A stretch of 64,000 nt of DNA from Longimicrobiales bacterium (lineage in GTDB: Bacteria; Gemmatimonadota; Gemmatimonadetes; Longimicrobiales; Gaopeijiaceae): positions 1,088,001 to 1,152,000 of the forward strand of contig CAXXKM010000001.1 of NCBI GenBank assembly GCA_963664435.2, in the 5' to 3' direction. This document shows positions 39,149-48,438 of this stretch, piece by piece. The notes beneath the pieces were generated by a model. That model did no database searches and was not told the DNA's origin. It worked only from the letters and a program-made list of their open reading frames with translations. The translations under genes were made by a program, and so were the position numbers. Positions within the stretch are counted from its first letter, which is position 1, and every line of letters starts with the position of its first letter.

Positions 39149-39763
39149 TCAGGAACGCTCTCTCGGCGCCAGGCTGAAGGGCTCGCGCGCGAACACCCGG
39201 CGCACCATCGGCTCGAAAAACTCCAGGGGCAGCGACTCGTAGTCCGGATCGAACGCGCACTGGTCCCAGCGGTGACAGAAGTCCACGGCGTCCTGATACC
39301 AGGGATGGTCGCGGTACTTGTCGCGCGCGTTGCGGTCGCCGCCGACGTGGTGGGCGTAGTAGTAGTACTGGAACAGGCCGTGGTGTTTGACCATCCAGTA
39401 CGTTCGCTCGGTCACGTAGGGGCGCAGCAGCAGCGCGGACAGCTCGCCGTGGCTGTGCGGGGCCAGCAGGTCGTCGATATCGTGCAGGAGCGCCGCCACC
39501 ACCATCTCCTCTTCCGCGCCGTCCCGATGGGCGCGGGTCGCGGTCTGCAGCGAATGCTCCAGCCGGTCGACCTGGTAGCCGGAGAGCGAACCCGACAGCT
39601 CGCGGAGATGCGCCAGCACGCGGTCGGCGGTGCCGGCGGCGAATTCTTCCTCGAGATGATCGAGCAGTTCGTAGTCTTCGCGGGTGCCGTCCGCCATGGC
39701 GGTGAAGCTCACCACGGGGCCGCCGGGCTTTGCCATATCGTTCCTGCTCGTGACGTCGTCCAT
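39149..39763 (-). CDS. HD-domain protein (PhnZ/TmpB-like oxygenase superfamily)
   Basis: LEHSLQTA, ALLHDI, H..KHH, WDQ. Confidence 0.75.
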   Translation of the reverse strand: MDDVTSRNDMAKPGGPVVSFTAMADGTREDYELLDHLEEEFAAGTADRVLAHLRELSGSLSGYQVDRLEHSLQTATRAHRDGAEEEMVVAALLHDIDDLLAPHSHGELSALLLRPYVTERTYWMVKHHGLFQYYYYAHHVGGDRNARDKYRDHPWYQDAVDFCHRWDQCAFDPDYESLPLEFFEPMVRRVFAREPFSLAPRERS

Positions 39764-40053
39764 GCCTGTCGCGCTCGCAAATGAGGGCTCCTCGCCCCGC
39801 CGCGGATTCGGGCGCCGGGCCGGACGCTCCGGGCGGGATCGGTGCTTGACTCGCGCAGCATCGGCGCACTCTGATACTCGGGAGTGTCCGCGTGCGCTTC
39901 GGCCCGACTTCACCGCTCGGGGGGTGATCGAGGCCACTTCCCGATAAGCTGGTTGTGGTTCAACCGCAAGGGGCGGAGCGGACTGCCGGCAGGCCCGGAG
40001 CCACCGCAACAGCGCATGCCCCGGGCCGGCTACGACGGATGGAGGAAGTCGAC

Positions 40054-41169
40054 ATGCATGACTCGATCAGCAGCCTCACGCAGAACGGCGATGCCCTGTC
40101 CGCAGTCTGGGCCGGTGGCGAACGGACCGATCTTCCCTACCTCTGGCTGCGCGACAATTGCGGGTGCGGCGAGTGCCGCGTCGTGCAGACGACCGAGAAG
40201 CGATTTCACCTCTTCCGGGTCGAGAAGGACCTGAAACCGCTGCAAGCCACCATCGAACGCGCCGGATCCCGCGACGAAGCGATCTCTCTCGACTGGCCTG
40301 ACGGGCACCGCACCCGCTACCGGTCGAGCGACCTCCGCGACCTCCTGGGCAGGCCCAGCCTTGACCTGCGCTACTGGGACGGCCGCTTCCAGCCGCGGAG
40401 GTTCGACTATCAGCGGTTTCTGGCGAGCGACCGTGCAGCCGCCGAGCTGATCGAGGAGTTCCTGCGGACCGGGGTGTGCGTGCTGGTCGACGCCCCCACC
40501 GAACCGGACTCGTCGGAGCAGCTCGCGACCCGCCTGGGCCCGGTCCGCGAGGTGCTGTTCGAGCGCATCCACAACGTCGTGCTCGACCCGAAGGGATACA
40601 ACATCGCGCACACCGGGCTGGCGGTCGCGCCGCACAACGACTTCACCAGCTACACCTGGCCGCCGAGCGTGCAGGCGCTGCACATGCTGGTGAACGAGTG
40701 CGAAGGCGGCGAGTCCATCGTCGTGGACGGCTTCGGCCTGCTGAACAAGCTACGCAGCGGTCAGCCCGACATGTTCGACGTGCTGTGCCAGGTGCCGGTG
40801 CCGTTCCGCATCTTCAGCGAGCAATACGAGGTCTACGCCGCCAACCCCATGGTCGAACTGGACAGCGCCGGCGAGGTCAGGCTGATGCGCTTCAACACCG
40901 CGCAGATGCAGGCCGTCCCGCTTTCGGAGCCTCGGCTGAGGGACTTCTACGCCGCCTATCACGAGCTGTCCAGCCGCGTCAATGACGCCAGCGCGCAGGT
41001 GACCTTCCGGTTGGAAGGCGGGCAGGTTCTGCTGTGCGCCGGGCATCGCGTGCTGCATGGTCGTACCGTATTGCGTTCGAAGGGGCAGCGGCACCTGCAG
41101 GACGCCTACTTCGAGCACGACAACGTGCGCACCCACCTCAGGTGGCTGCGCCTCAGCGGCCGGATCTGA
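40054..41169 (+). CDS. TauD/gamma-butyrobetaine-hydroxylase-like Fe/2OG dioxygenase
   Basis: WLRDNCGCGEC, WPDGH, HND, RVLHGR. Confidence 0.88.
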   Translation: MHDSISSLTQNGDALSAVWAGGERTDLPYLWLRDNCGCGECRVVQTTEKRFHLFRVEKDLKPLQATIERAGSRDEAISLDWPDGHRTRYRSSDLRDLLGRPSLDLRYWDGRFQPRRFDYQRFLASDRAAAELIEEFLRTGVCVLVDAPTEPDSSEQLATRLGPVREVLFERIHNVVLDPKGYNIAHTGLAVAPHNDFTSYTWPPSVQALHMLVNECEGGESIVVDGFGLLNKLRSGQPDMFDVLCQVPVPFRIFSEQYEVYAANPMVELDSAGEVRLMRFNTAQMQAVPLSEPRLRDFYAAYHELSSRVNDASAQVTFRLEGGQVLLCAGHRVLHGRTVLRSKGQRHLQDAYFEHDNVRTHLRWLRLSGRI

Positions 41170-41233
41170 ACCGCAAACCCGCGCCATCGGCCAGGCAGCC
41201 TGCCGGCGGCGGTCAACCAGCCGCAAGGGACGA

Positions 41234-42121
41234 ATGGCAGCTCCCTCAAAGACGCGGATCCAAGCCGCACTTCTCGACCTTGTCCTCGGCGCCTCGGTGG
41301 AGATCCTGCCGGGTCGGCTGCCGCAGCCGGAAGTCCTCGCCGGCCGCCTCCCGCGCGGGACCTCCGTCTATGTGCCGTTCCCGCCGAAGGGCCGGTGGCC
41401 GGAGACCATCGCCGCCTGCGAACAGGTGCTGGCGGCGGGCATGCAGCCGGTGCCGCACGTGGCGGCGCGCTCGGTGCGAAGCCCGGACGAGCTCGACGAG
41501 TGGTTGTGCGCGCTGGTGGAGGCAGGAGTGGACTCCCTGATGCTGGTGGCCGGAGACCGCGCCACGCCCGCCGGCCCGTACCGCGATACGCCGGCCCTGC
41601 TCGACTCGGGGTTGCTCGCCGAGCACGGTCTTCGGCGGTTCGGGGTCACCTCGTATCCGGAGGGGCACCCCCTGGTCGGCTCGGCTGATCTGGATGAGGC
41701 GCTCCGGCGCAAGACAGAGTATGCCCGGGCGACGGGTTCGGAGCTCTGGATCGTGACCCAGTTCGTGTTCTCGCCCTCCCCCGCGCTCGCCTGGCTGAAG
41801 CGGATGAGGGAGGCCGGCTGTATGCTCCCGGTTCGCATCGGATTGCCGGGTCCGGTCGCCCTGCGCACTCTGATCGGATACGCGGTCCGCTCCGGCGTCG
41901 TGGCGTCCGCACGGGCGTTGAGACGCAAGCCCGGCATCGCGCGGCTGGCAGGAAGATGGTCGCCGACCCCCATCGCACAGGCGCTGGCCCGGCACTTGGC
42001 CGACCACGAGAACGGGTCTGCCGTCGACCTTCATCTGTTTACATTCGGCGGCCTCACGGACGCCGCCGAATGGCTGTCGGAGCCCCACGACACGATGGTT
42101 TGTTCGCCAGAATCAAGCTGA
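41234..42121 (+). CDS. metF: Methylenetetrahydrofolate reductase-like protein
   Basis: PVPHVAAR, LVAGD, YPEGHP, IVTQF, HLFTFGG. Confidence 0.75.
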   Translation: MAAPSKTRIQAALLDLVLGASVEILPGRLPQPEVLAGRLPRGTSVYVPFPPKGRWPETIAACEQVLAAGMQPVPHVAARSVRSPDELDEWLCALVEAGVDSLMLVAGDRATPAGPYRDTPALLDSGLLAEHGLRRFGVTSYPEGHPLVGSADLDEALRRKTEYARATGSELWIVTQFVFSPSPALAWLKRMREAGCMLPVRIGLPGPVALRTLIGYAVRSGVVASARALRRKPGIARLAGRWSPTPIAQALARHLADHENGSAVDLHLFTFGGLTDAAEWLSEPHDTMVCSPESS

Positions 42122-42258
42122 TCCGGCAAACAAAAGAGGGCCGATTCAGGAGGTTATGCGATGCGGCGTCGATCAAACGCGCATGACCGGTAGGCCGGTA
42201 GCGGCATGAATGGCGCAGGTAGTTGCCGCCCCGCTGCCGCGACCATCATCTTTCCTCG

Positions 42259-43728
42259 ATGAAAGCGAGTGTCCCCCTGATCGGCGTGGCCCTGTCTGGC
42301 GCACTCGCGGGCTGCGCCCCCGCCAGCGATGCTCCCACCGCCGACGGCGGGATGGCCGCCCGCGTCGACGCCATTTTCGCCGACTATGCAAGCGCTTCAG
42401 GCCCCGGCTGCTCCCTGGGCGTGATCCGGGACGGCCGCCTGGTCCACGCCACGGGCTACGGCGCCGCCAACCTCGACCACGGCATCCCCAACGGGCCCGC
42501 GACCATCTTCCGCATCGGCTCGGTCTCCAAGCAGTTCACGGCCGGCGCGATCGCTCTGCTGGCCGTCCGGGGCGAGCTGGAGCTGGATGCTCCCGTGCAG
42601 CGCTACATCTCCGAGTTTCCGGACTACCCCGAGCCTCCCACCGTCCGACATCTGATTCATCATACCTCGGGGGTGCGCGACTACATCGTGCTCATGTCCC
42701 TGGCGGGCAACCGCAGCGAGGACTTCTACACCAACCAGGAGGTTCTCGACGCGATCACGCGGCAGCGCGAGCTCAACTTCACGCCGGGCGCGGAGTACCT
42801 GTACAGCAACGCGGGCTATTTCCTGCTGGGCGAGATCGTGGCCCGGGTCTCGGGGCAGAGCCTGCGCGAGTTCGCCGAAACCGAGTTCTTCGGCCCGCTG
42901 GGCATGACCCCCACGCACTTCCACGACGACCACAACGAGATCGTCCCCAACCGGGCCATCGGCTACGCCCCCAGCGACGATGGCTTCCGCATCAACGTGA
43001 CCACGCTCGACATGGTCGGGGACGGCGGCATCTTCACGTCGGTGGAGGAGTGGGTCGCGTGGGACCGAAACCTCACCGAGGGCACGGTCGGCGGGCCCGA
43101 ATGGGTGGCGCTCATCCACGAGCGCGGCGTGCTCAACTCGGGCGACACCATCCCCTACGCCTTCGGCATCTCCCACGGCGAGCACCGCGGGCTGGCAACG
43201 GTTGGGCACGGGGGCTCGTGGGTCGGGTACCGGGCGGCGATGTCGCGCTATCCCGAGGCCGGCCATTCGTTCGTGGCGCTCTGCAACCGTTCGGCCATCG
43301 ACCCCGGGACCCTCATCGCGAGCACGGCGGAGATCTACCTGGAAGACCGGATGGAGCCGCCGGAGGACGCCGCGGAGGGGGAAACAACCGACGAGGCTGC
43401 GGAACAGGCACCGGAGGAGGCCGCCGCAGACGACGCCTCGCAGGATGAACCCGACCTCGACATCCCGAACCGCGCGCGCTACGCCGGATCGTTCTACAGC
43501 CCCGAGCTGGACACCACCTATCGCATTGCAGTGGAAGGCGATGCCGGACTCACGTTGCACGTGGGCCGCCTGGACCCGGCCGCGCTGATGACCGTTTCGG
43601 ACGGCATGCTCACGAGCGAGCGAGGGTGGACGCTCCGGTTCTCGCAGCTGGCCGACGGTCGCCACCAGGCGATGATGGTCGATGCCGGGCGGGTCAAGAA
43701 CCTGCGGTTCGCACGGGCCGAGGGGTAG
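42259..43728 (+). CDS. Beta-lactamase-family serine hydrolase lipoprotein
   Basis: LAGC; SVSK, YSN, HGG. Confidence 0.9.
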   Translation: MKASVPLIGVALSGALAGCAPASDAPTADGGMAARVDAIFADYASASGPGCSLGVIRDGRLVHATGYGAANLDHGIPNGPATIFRIGSVSKQFTAGAIALLAVRGELELDAPVQRYISEFPDYPEPPTVRHLIHHTSGVRDYIVLMSLAGNRSEDFYTNQEVLDAITRQRELNFTPGAEYLYSNAGYFLLGEIVARVSGQSLREFAETEFFGPLGMTPTHFHDDHNEIVPNRAIGYAPSDDGFRINVTTLDMVGDGGIFTSVEEWVAWDRNLTEGTVGGPEWVALIHERGVLNSGDTIPYAFGISHGEHRGLATVGHGGSWVGYRAAMSRYPEAGHSFVALCNRSAIDPGTLIASTAEIYLEDRMEPPEDAAEGETTDEAAEQAPEEAAADDASQDEPDLDIPNRARYAGSFYSPELDTTYRIAVEGDAGLTLHVGRLDPAALMTVSDGMLTSERGWTLRFSQLADGRHQAMMVDAGRVKNLRFARAEG

Positions 43729-43740
43729 GGGCATCCGGCA

Positions 43741-44880
43741 ATGATTGAATGGCTTGGCATCGGCCATCTCTTCGAGCTCTCCCGGCCGGAAGCGGTTGCG
43801 GGCTTTCTCACCCCGCTGGTGATCTTCGCCGCGTTCTTCGTAGTGCAGCTCGTGCTGCCGGGACGGCGGGTGCCCGGCTACGTCGTCAACCCGGAGACCG
43901 GCAGACCCCGCAACTATCGGCTGAACGGCATTCTGGTGTTCGCCATCGCGCACATCGTGTGGGCGCTCGAGCTCACCGGGATGCCGCTCGACTGGTTCTA
44001 CCGGTCCTCGGTCTACGCGGTGGCCGGTGGAACGGTCCTGTGCCTCATCTTTGCGCTCCTGGCGGTGTTCGGAGGGTCGCACGACAAGGTGGACAAGCCG
44101 CTCGCCGCGCTGTGGGAGGGACGTGCCCGGGAGCTGGCGTTCTTCAACGAGCGCATCGACGTGAAGATGTACCTGTACGTCGTGGGCGGGACGATGTTGA
44201 CGCTCAACGCGATGTCCGGGGCTGCATACCACTATGGGTTATTCGGCGAAGATGCCAACCCGGGCGTCTTCCTGTACGCGGGGTTCCTGACGTTCTACGT
44301 CCTGGACTACTTCATCTTCGAGCGGGTCCAGCTGTACACCTATGACGTGATCCACGAGCGCATGGGCTTCAAGATGTTCTGGGGCGGCCTCATGGTGTAC
44401 GGATGGCTCTACATCCTGCCGCTGTGGGGCATGGCGGTGTACCCGGACCCCGGCTTGACGCCGCCGGGGAGGTACGTCTGGCTCATTGGGTCGGCCGCGC
44501 TCTTCCTGGTCGGGTGGGGCATCGCGCGCGGCGCCAACATGCAGAAGTACACCTTCAAGCGATGGCCGGAGCGCAGGTTCCTCGGGCTCATCGAGCCGGA
44601 GTACATCGAGGCCGGAGACCGCAAGATCCTGTGCAGCGGCCTTTGGGGCGTCGCCCGCCACTTCAACTACCTGGGCGAGGGGTTCTTCTCGCTGGCCATC
44701 GCCCTGGTGTTCGGCTACTTCGCCAACCCATGGGCCTGGACCTACTTCGTCTTCATCGTCGGGCTCTTCATCGCCCGTCAACGCGACGACGACAGGCTCT
44801 GCGCCGAGAAATACGGCGCCGGGAAGTGGGCGGAGTACCAGGCGCGGGTGAAGTACCGGATCATTCCCCGGATCTACTGA
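43741..44880 (+). CDS. ERG4/ERG24-family sterol reductase-like membrane protein
   Basis: YRLNG, TYDVIHERMGF, ANMQK, GLWGVARHFNYLGE, C..KYG..W.EY. Confidence 0.85.
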   Translation: MIEWLGIGHLFELSRPEAVAGFLTPLVIFAAFFVVQLVLPGRRVPGYVVNPETGRPRNYRLNGILVFAIAHIVWALELTGMPLDWFYRSSVYAVAGGTVLCLIFALLAVFGGSHDKVDKPLAALWEGRARELAFFNERIDVKMYLYVVGGTMLTLNAMSGAAYHYGLFGEDANPGVFLYAGFLTFYVLDYFIFERVQLYTYDVIHERMGFKMFWGGLMVYGWLYILPLWGMAVYPDPGLTPPGRYVWLIGSAALFLVGWGIARGANMQKYTFKRWPERRFLGLIEPEYIEAGDRKILCSGLWGVARHFNYLGEGFFSLAIALVFGYFANPWAWTYFVFIVGLFIARQRDDDRLCAEKYGAGKWAEYQARVKYRIIPRIY

Positions 44881-44900
44881 GCGCGCCGGACGTGGAAACG

Positions 44901-47237
44901 ATGCGCGCGCGATGCGCGACGGGAATGCTGCTCTCGCTGTCGCTCCTCGCCCTCACTGCACCCCTGCCCGCATCCGCCCAGACGGATCAGCTCAGCGGCC
45001 GGATCCGGTCGGATGACGGACGTCCTGTCGAAGGCGCGCTGGCGGAGGTTCATCCGGTATCGGACTCGACTCTGACGGCGTATACGCTGGCGAACGAGCT
45101 CGGCTTCTTCACCTTCCGCGATCTGGAGCCGGCCACGTACGTGCTCAGAGTGACCCGAATCGGCTTTCAGGAATTCCAGGAGCAGGTGAGTGTCGAGGGG
45201 GGCGTGACCGAGGTCGAGGTCGTGATGACGACGCAGGCGATCGTGTTTGCGGGCATCACGGTCGAGGCCGAGCGCAGCCGCGCCAAGACCCGCTTCGAGG
45301 AGTCGGCCGGCATCACCGTCCAGGAGATTGAGGCCGCCGCCCTCAAATCGCTCCCCATCATCGCCGAATCGGACCCGCTCCGGGCCATCGAGGTGCTTCC
45401 GGGGGTGACCACGACGTCGGATTTCTCCGCGGCCTTCAACGTGCGCGGCGGATCCGCCGATCAGAACCTCATCCTCCTCGACGAGGTGCCGATCTTCAAT
45501 CCATTCCACCTGGGAGGGATCTTCTCCGTCTTCAATGCCGACATGGTGGACCGGGTCGAACTGCAGTCCGGGGGCTTTGCGGCCGAGTACGGGGGCCGGG
45601 TGTCGTCGGTGTTGACCATCGAAAGCGATCCCGGCGACGGAGAATTCGGGGTCGACGCGGGCGTGAGCATTCTGGCATCCCGCGTGGCGGTGAACGGAGC
45701 GCTTCCCCGGGGCGCCACCGAGAAACTGGGGTTCCAGACCACGCGCTGGCGCATGTCCGCGCGGCGTTCCTATCTGGACGTGCTCTTCAAGCCGTGGATC
45801 GACTTTCCGTACCACCTCTCGGACCTGCAGGGGGTCTTCGAGGCCTGGACCGGGAGCAGCAGCCGGCTTCGTTTCGTCGGGTACAGCGGCCGCGATGTCG
45901 TGGACCTCTCGGGCTCCGAAGACACCCCGCTCCCGATCAGCTGGTCGTGGGGGAACGACGCGTTCGGGGGTTCGTGGACGCAGTCCATGAGCGGGGGCGC
46001 TTCGATGGCGGTCCGCGCCTCGCTGTCGCGCTTCAAGTCCGATCTGGCGTTCCCGGAGGCCGATGTCGAGTTCCGGACCGGGGTCGAACAGGCTTCCGCC
46101 GGTGCCGATCTCGAGCTCTTGCCCTCGTGGGCCACGCGCTGGAAGTCGGGCGTAAGCGCGAGACGGGTCTCGTACGACAACGGGCTGTTGGGGGGCGGCT
46201 CGACCTTCCTCGACCAGGAGGGCAGCGGCGTCGAAATCGCGGCATACAGCCAGGTACACTGGGACCCCAGTCCGAGCTGGCTGGTGGAAGGCGGGGTGCG
46301 TGCGGACTACTGGCGGCCGAACGCGGGGGAGACGGCAGCGACACTCTCGCCCCGCTTCGCCGTGAGGCGCTTCCTGCGGGACAGGAATTCGGCAGTGCGC
46401 CTGTCCGCAGGCCGGTACAGCCAGTTCATCCACTCCACCCGGGACGAGGAGTTTCCCTTCGGGATCGACACCTGGGTGCTGGCGGGCGCGGAGGCTCCGC
46501 GCATCATCTCGGACCAGGTGCAGGTGGGGGCTGAGAGCTTTTTCGGCGACGACGATGCCTGGTTCGCGTCGCTCGAGGGCTACTATCGCACCTTCGACGG
46601 GGTGGCCGCGGTCAACGCGGTCGACGATCCGAACGACGACTCGGATGCACTGGTCGCGGGTGACGGCGATGCGTACGGCGTGGACCTCTACATCAAGCGG
46701 GACCGCGGTGCCACCACCGGCTGGATCTCCGTCTCGTTCCTGAAGACCCTGCGGTCCTTCCCGGACACCCGCTCCGGCATGGACCCGCTGCCGCTCATCA
46801 CCTATCCGCCGGTCTTCGACCGCCGCTTCGAGGTCGACCTCGCCCTGCGCCGGCCCCTCGACTGGTGGGAGCTCGAGATCGGCGTCAGAGCCAATTTCGG
46901 AACCGGCCTGCCGTACACCCGGCCGCTCGGCATATACCACGTCTACCGCACGCAACTGGTCGGAGGCGTCGCGAGCCTCGAGGACGACGACGCGGTGCTG
47001 CTCGGACCCCGCAACGGCGCGCGCTTTCCCGCCCGGCACCGGCTGGATCTGTCGTTCCGCAAGACCATCACGAAGGGGTGGGGCACGATGACCCCGTATC
47101 TGAGCGTGATCAACGTCTACAACCGAAAGAACGCGTTCTTCTACGTCTACAACTACGGCGCCACGCCCCCGACCCGGGAGGGTGTGTCGATGATCCCCCT
47201 GCTTCCCACGCTGGGCCTCGAGGCCTCGTTCCGATGA
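44901..47237 (+). CDS. TonB-dependent receptor
   Basis: Signal peptide, carboxypeptidase-regulatory-like domain, plug VRGGSADQNL, YGGRVSSV. Confidence 0.9.
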   Translation: MRARCATGMLLSLSLLALTAPLPASAQTDQLSGRIRSDDGRPVEGALAEVHPVSDSTLTAYTLANELGFFTFRDLEPATYVLRVTRIGFQEFQEQVSVEGGVTEVEVVMTTQAIVFAGITVEAERSRAKTRFEESAGITVQEIEAAALKSLPIIAESDPLRAIEVLPGVTTTSDFSAAFNVRGGSADQNLILLDEVPIFNPFHLGGIFSVFNADMVDRVELQSGGFAAEYGGRVSSVLTIESDPGDGEFGVDAGVSILASRVAVNGALPRGATEKLGFQTTRWRMSARRSYLDVLFKPWIDFPYHLSDLQGVFEAWTGSSSRLRFVGYSGRDVVDLSGSEDTPLPISWSWGNDAFGGSWTQSMSGGASMAVRASLSRFKSDLAFPEADVEFRTGVEQASAGADLELLPSWATRWKSGVSARRVSYDNGLLGGGSTFLDQEGSGVEIAAYSQVHWDPSPSWLVEGGVRADYWRPNAGETAATLSPRFAVRRFLRDRNSAVRLSAGRYSQFIHSTRDEEFPFGIDTWVLAGAEAPRIISDQVQVGAESFFGDDDAWFASLEGYYRTFDGVAAVNAVDDPNDDSDALVAGDGDAYGVDLYIKRDRGATTGWISVSFLKTLRSFPDTRSGMDPLPLITYPPVFDRRFEVDLALRRPLDWWELEIGVRANFGTGLPYTRPLGIYHVYRTQLVGGVASLEDDDAVLLGPRNGARFPARHRLDLSFRKTITKGWGTMTPYLSVINVYNRKNAFFYVYNYGATPPTREGVSMIPLLPTLGLEASFR

Positions 47238-48334
47238 TGGGCGACGGAACAGCGGGCCACAGCCGGGCGGGGAAAACGGCTTGCCGCCGCCGTGAAGGCC
47301 CAGGCGCCGGTCGCTTGGGGATTCCGTCGCCACTCGGGCCATCGCGGCGGCCCCGCGGGTCGGATCTGTGTGCGGCCCTGAGCGCTGTGACGGTCGCCAC
47401 CGTCCTGCTCGGCGGTTGCGAGCTCACCGAGGTAACGCTCGCGGAGTCGGAAGACGTGGTCGTCGCCGAGACGCGGCTGATCCTGAATTACGACGGCGAG
47501 GATGCTGCACCGTGGCTGAATGTGTACGCCTACCTGCACCGGACGCTCAGCGCCGCGCGCGCGGACGAGGTGGAGGGCGCGACCGTGCGCCTGTCGGGGG
47601 CGTCGGGGGCGGTCGTTCATCTTGCACCGGCGGCGAGCGGCGACGACTGCCTCAGTTCCGACCCGGAGAACCCCAACGAGGATGTCGGTTCCTGCTACCG
47701 GGCGACCGCCTCCCCATCACCCTTCGCCCCGAGGGAGGTCGTCGACCTCGAGGTGATTCTGGCCGACGGCAGCACCCTCACGGCATCCAGCCGGATCCCC
47801 GGCGCCTTCGAGTTCGTGGGACTCACGCAGGAAAACGGGCACTGCCGCCTTGAGCCGGACACCAACTACCGGTTCAGCTGGACGGAGGCGGCGGGCACCT
47901 GGTCGTATCTCTCCGATACCTGGATCAGGGGATTGCCGGAGGCTCTGGCCGGGGAGGATATCGAGGTGCCGGACTCGCTGTACCTGACCGGGTTCGGAAT
48001 CGGCCAGGAGGACACGGACGTCCTCTTCCCCGGGGAATACGGCCTTTTCGACATAGCCGACGAAGCCAACGCCGATCTGCTGCGCATTCTCGACGACGGC
48101 CTGCCCGGCGGCACCTGGGGGAAGGTCGCTTTCGCCGCGACCGACCGAAACTGGGTGAACTGGGTCCGGGGCGGAAACTTCAACCCCTCGGGCATCATCC
48201 GGATTCCCTCCGTCTTCGGAGACGGCACCGGTTTCTTCGGCACGGCCACGCAGCGTGTGCTCCACGTCCGCGCGGGCCCGGACGGCGACGGAATGCCGCC
48301 GCTGTGCGGACCTGCCGCTCCTCCGGACGCCTAG
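47234..48334 (+). CDS. DUF4249-like lipoprotein partner of the receptor
   Basis: LLGGC lipobox; C-terminal GTGFFG; ATGA overlap. Confidence 0.7.
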   Translation: MMGDGTAGHSRAGKTACRRREGPGAGRLGIPSPLGPSRRPRGSDLCAALSAVTVATVLLGGCELTEVTLAESEDVVVAETRLILNYDGEDAAPWLNVYAYLHRTLSAARADEVEGATVRLSGASGAVVHLAPAASGDDCLSSDPENPNEDVGSCYRATASPSPFAPREVVDLEVILADGSTLTASSRIPGAFEFVGLTQENGHCRLEPDTNYRFSWTEAAGTWSYLSDTWIRGLPEALAGEDIEVPDSLYLTGFGIGQEDTDVLFPGEYGLFDIADEANADLLRILDDGLPGGTWGKVAFAATDRNWVNWVRGGNFNPSGIIRIPSVFGDGTGFFGTATQRVLHVRAGPDGDGMPPLCGPAAPPDA

Positions 48335-48438
48335 GCAAGGGCCGGGCCGAGTACGCGCGCGCACCAGAGCCTCGGGTCAATCGACTGCGCGGGACCCCTC
48401 TTTTGCCTGCCATTTTTCGGCTTTTGTGGCGGACTAAC

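Noticed and set aside
39860..40030. Riboswitch upstream of the dioxygenase-metF genes
   Set aside because: Some pairing potential, but no SAM, THF or glycine consensus recognised; needs an Rfam search
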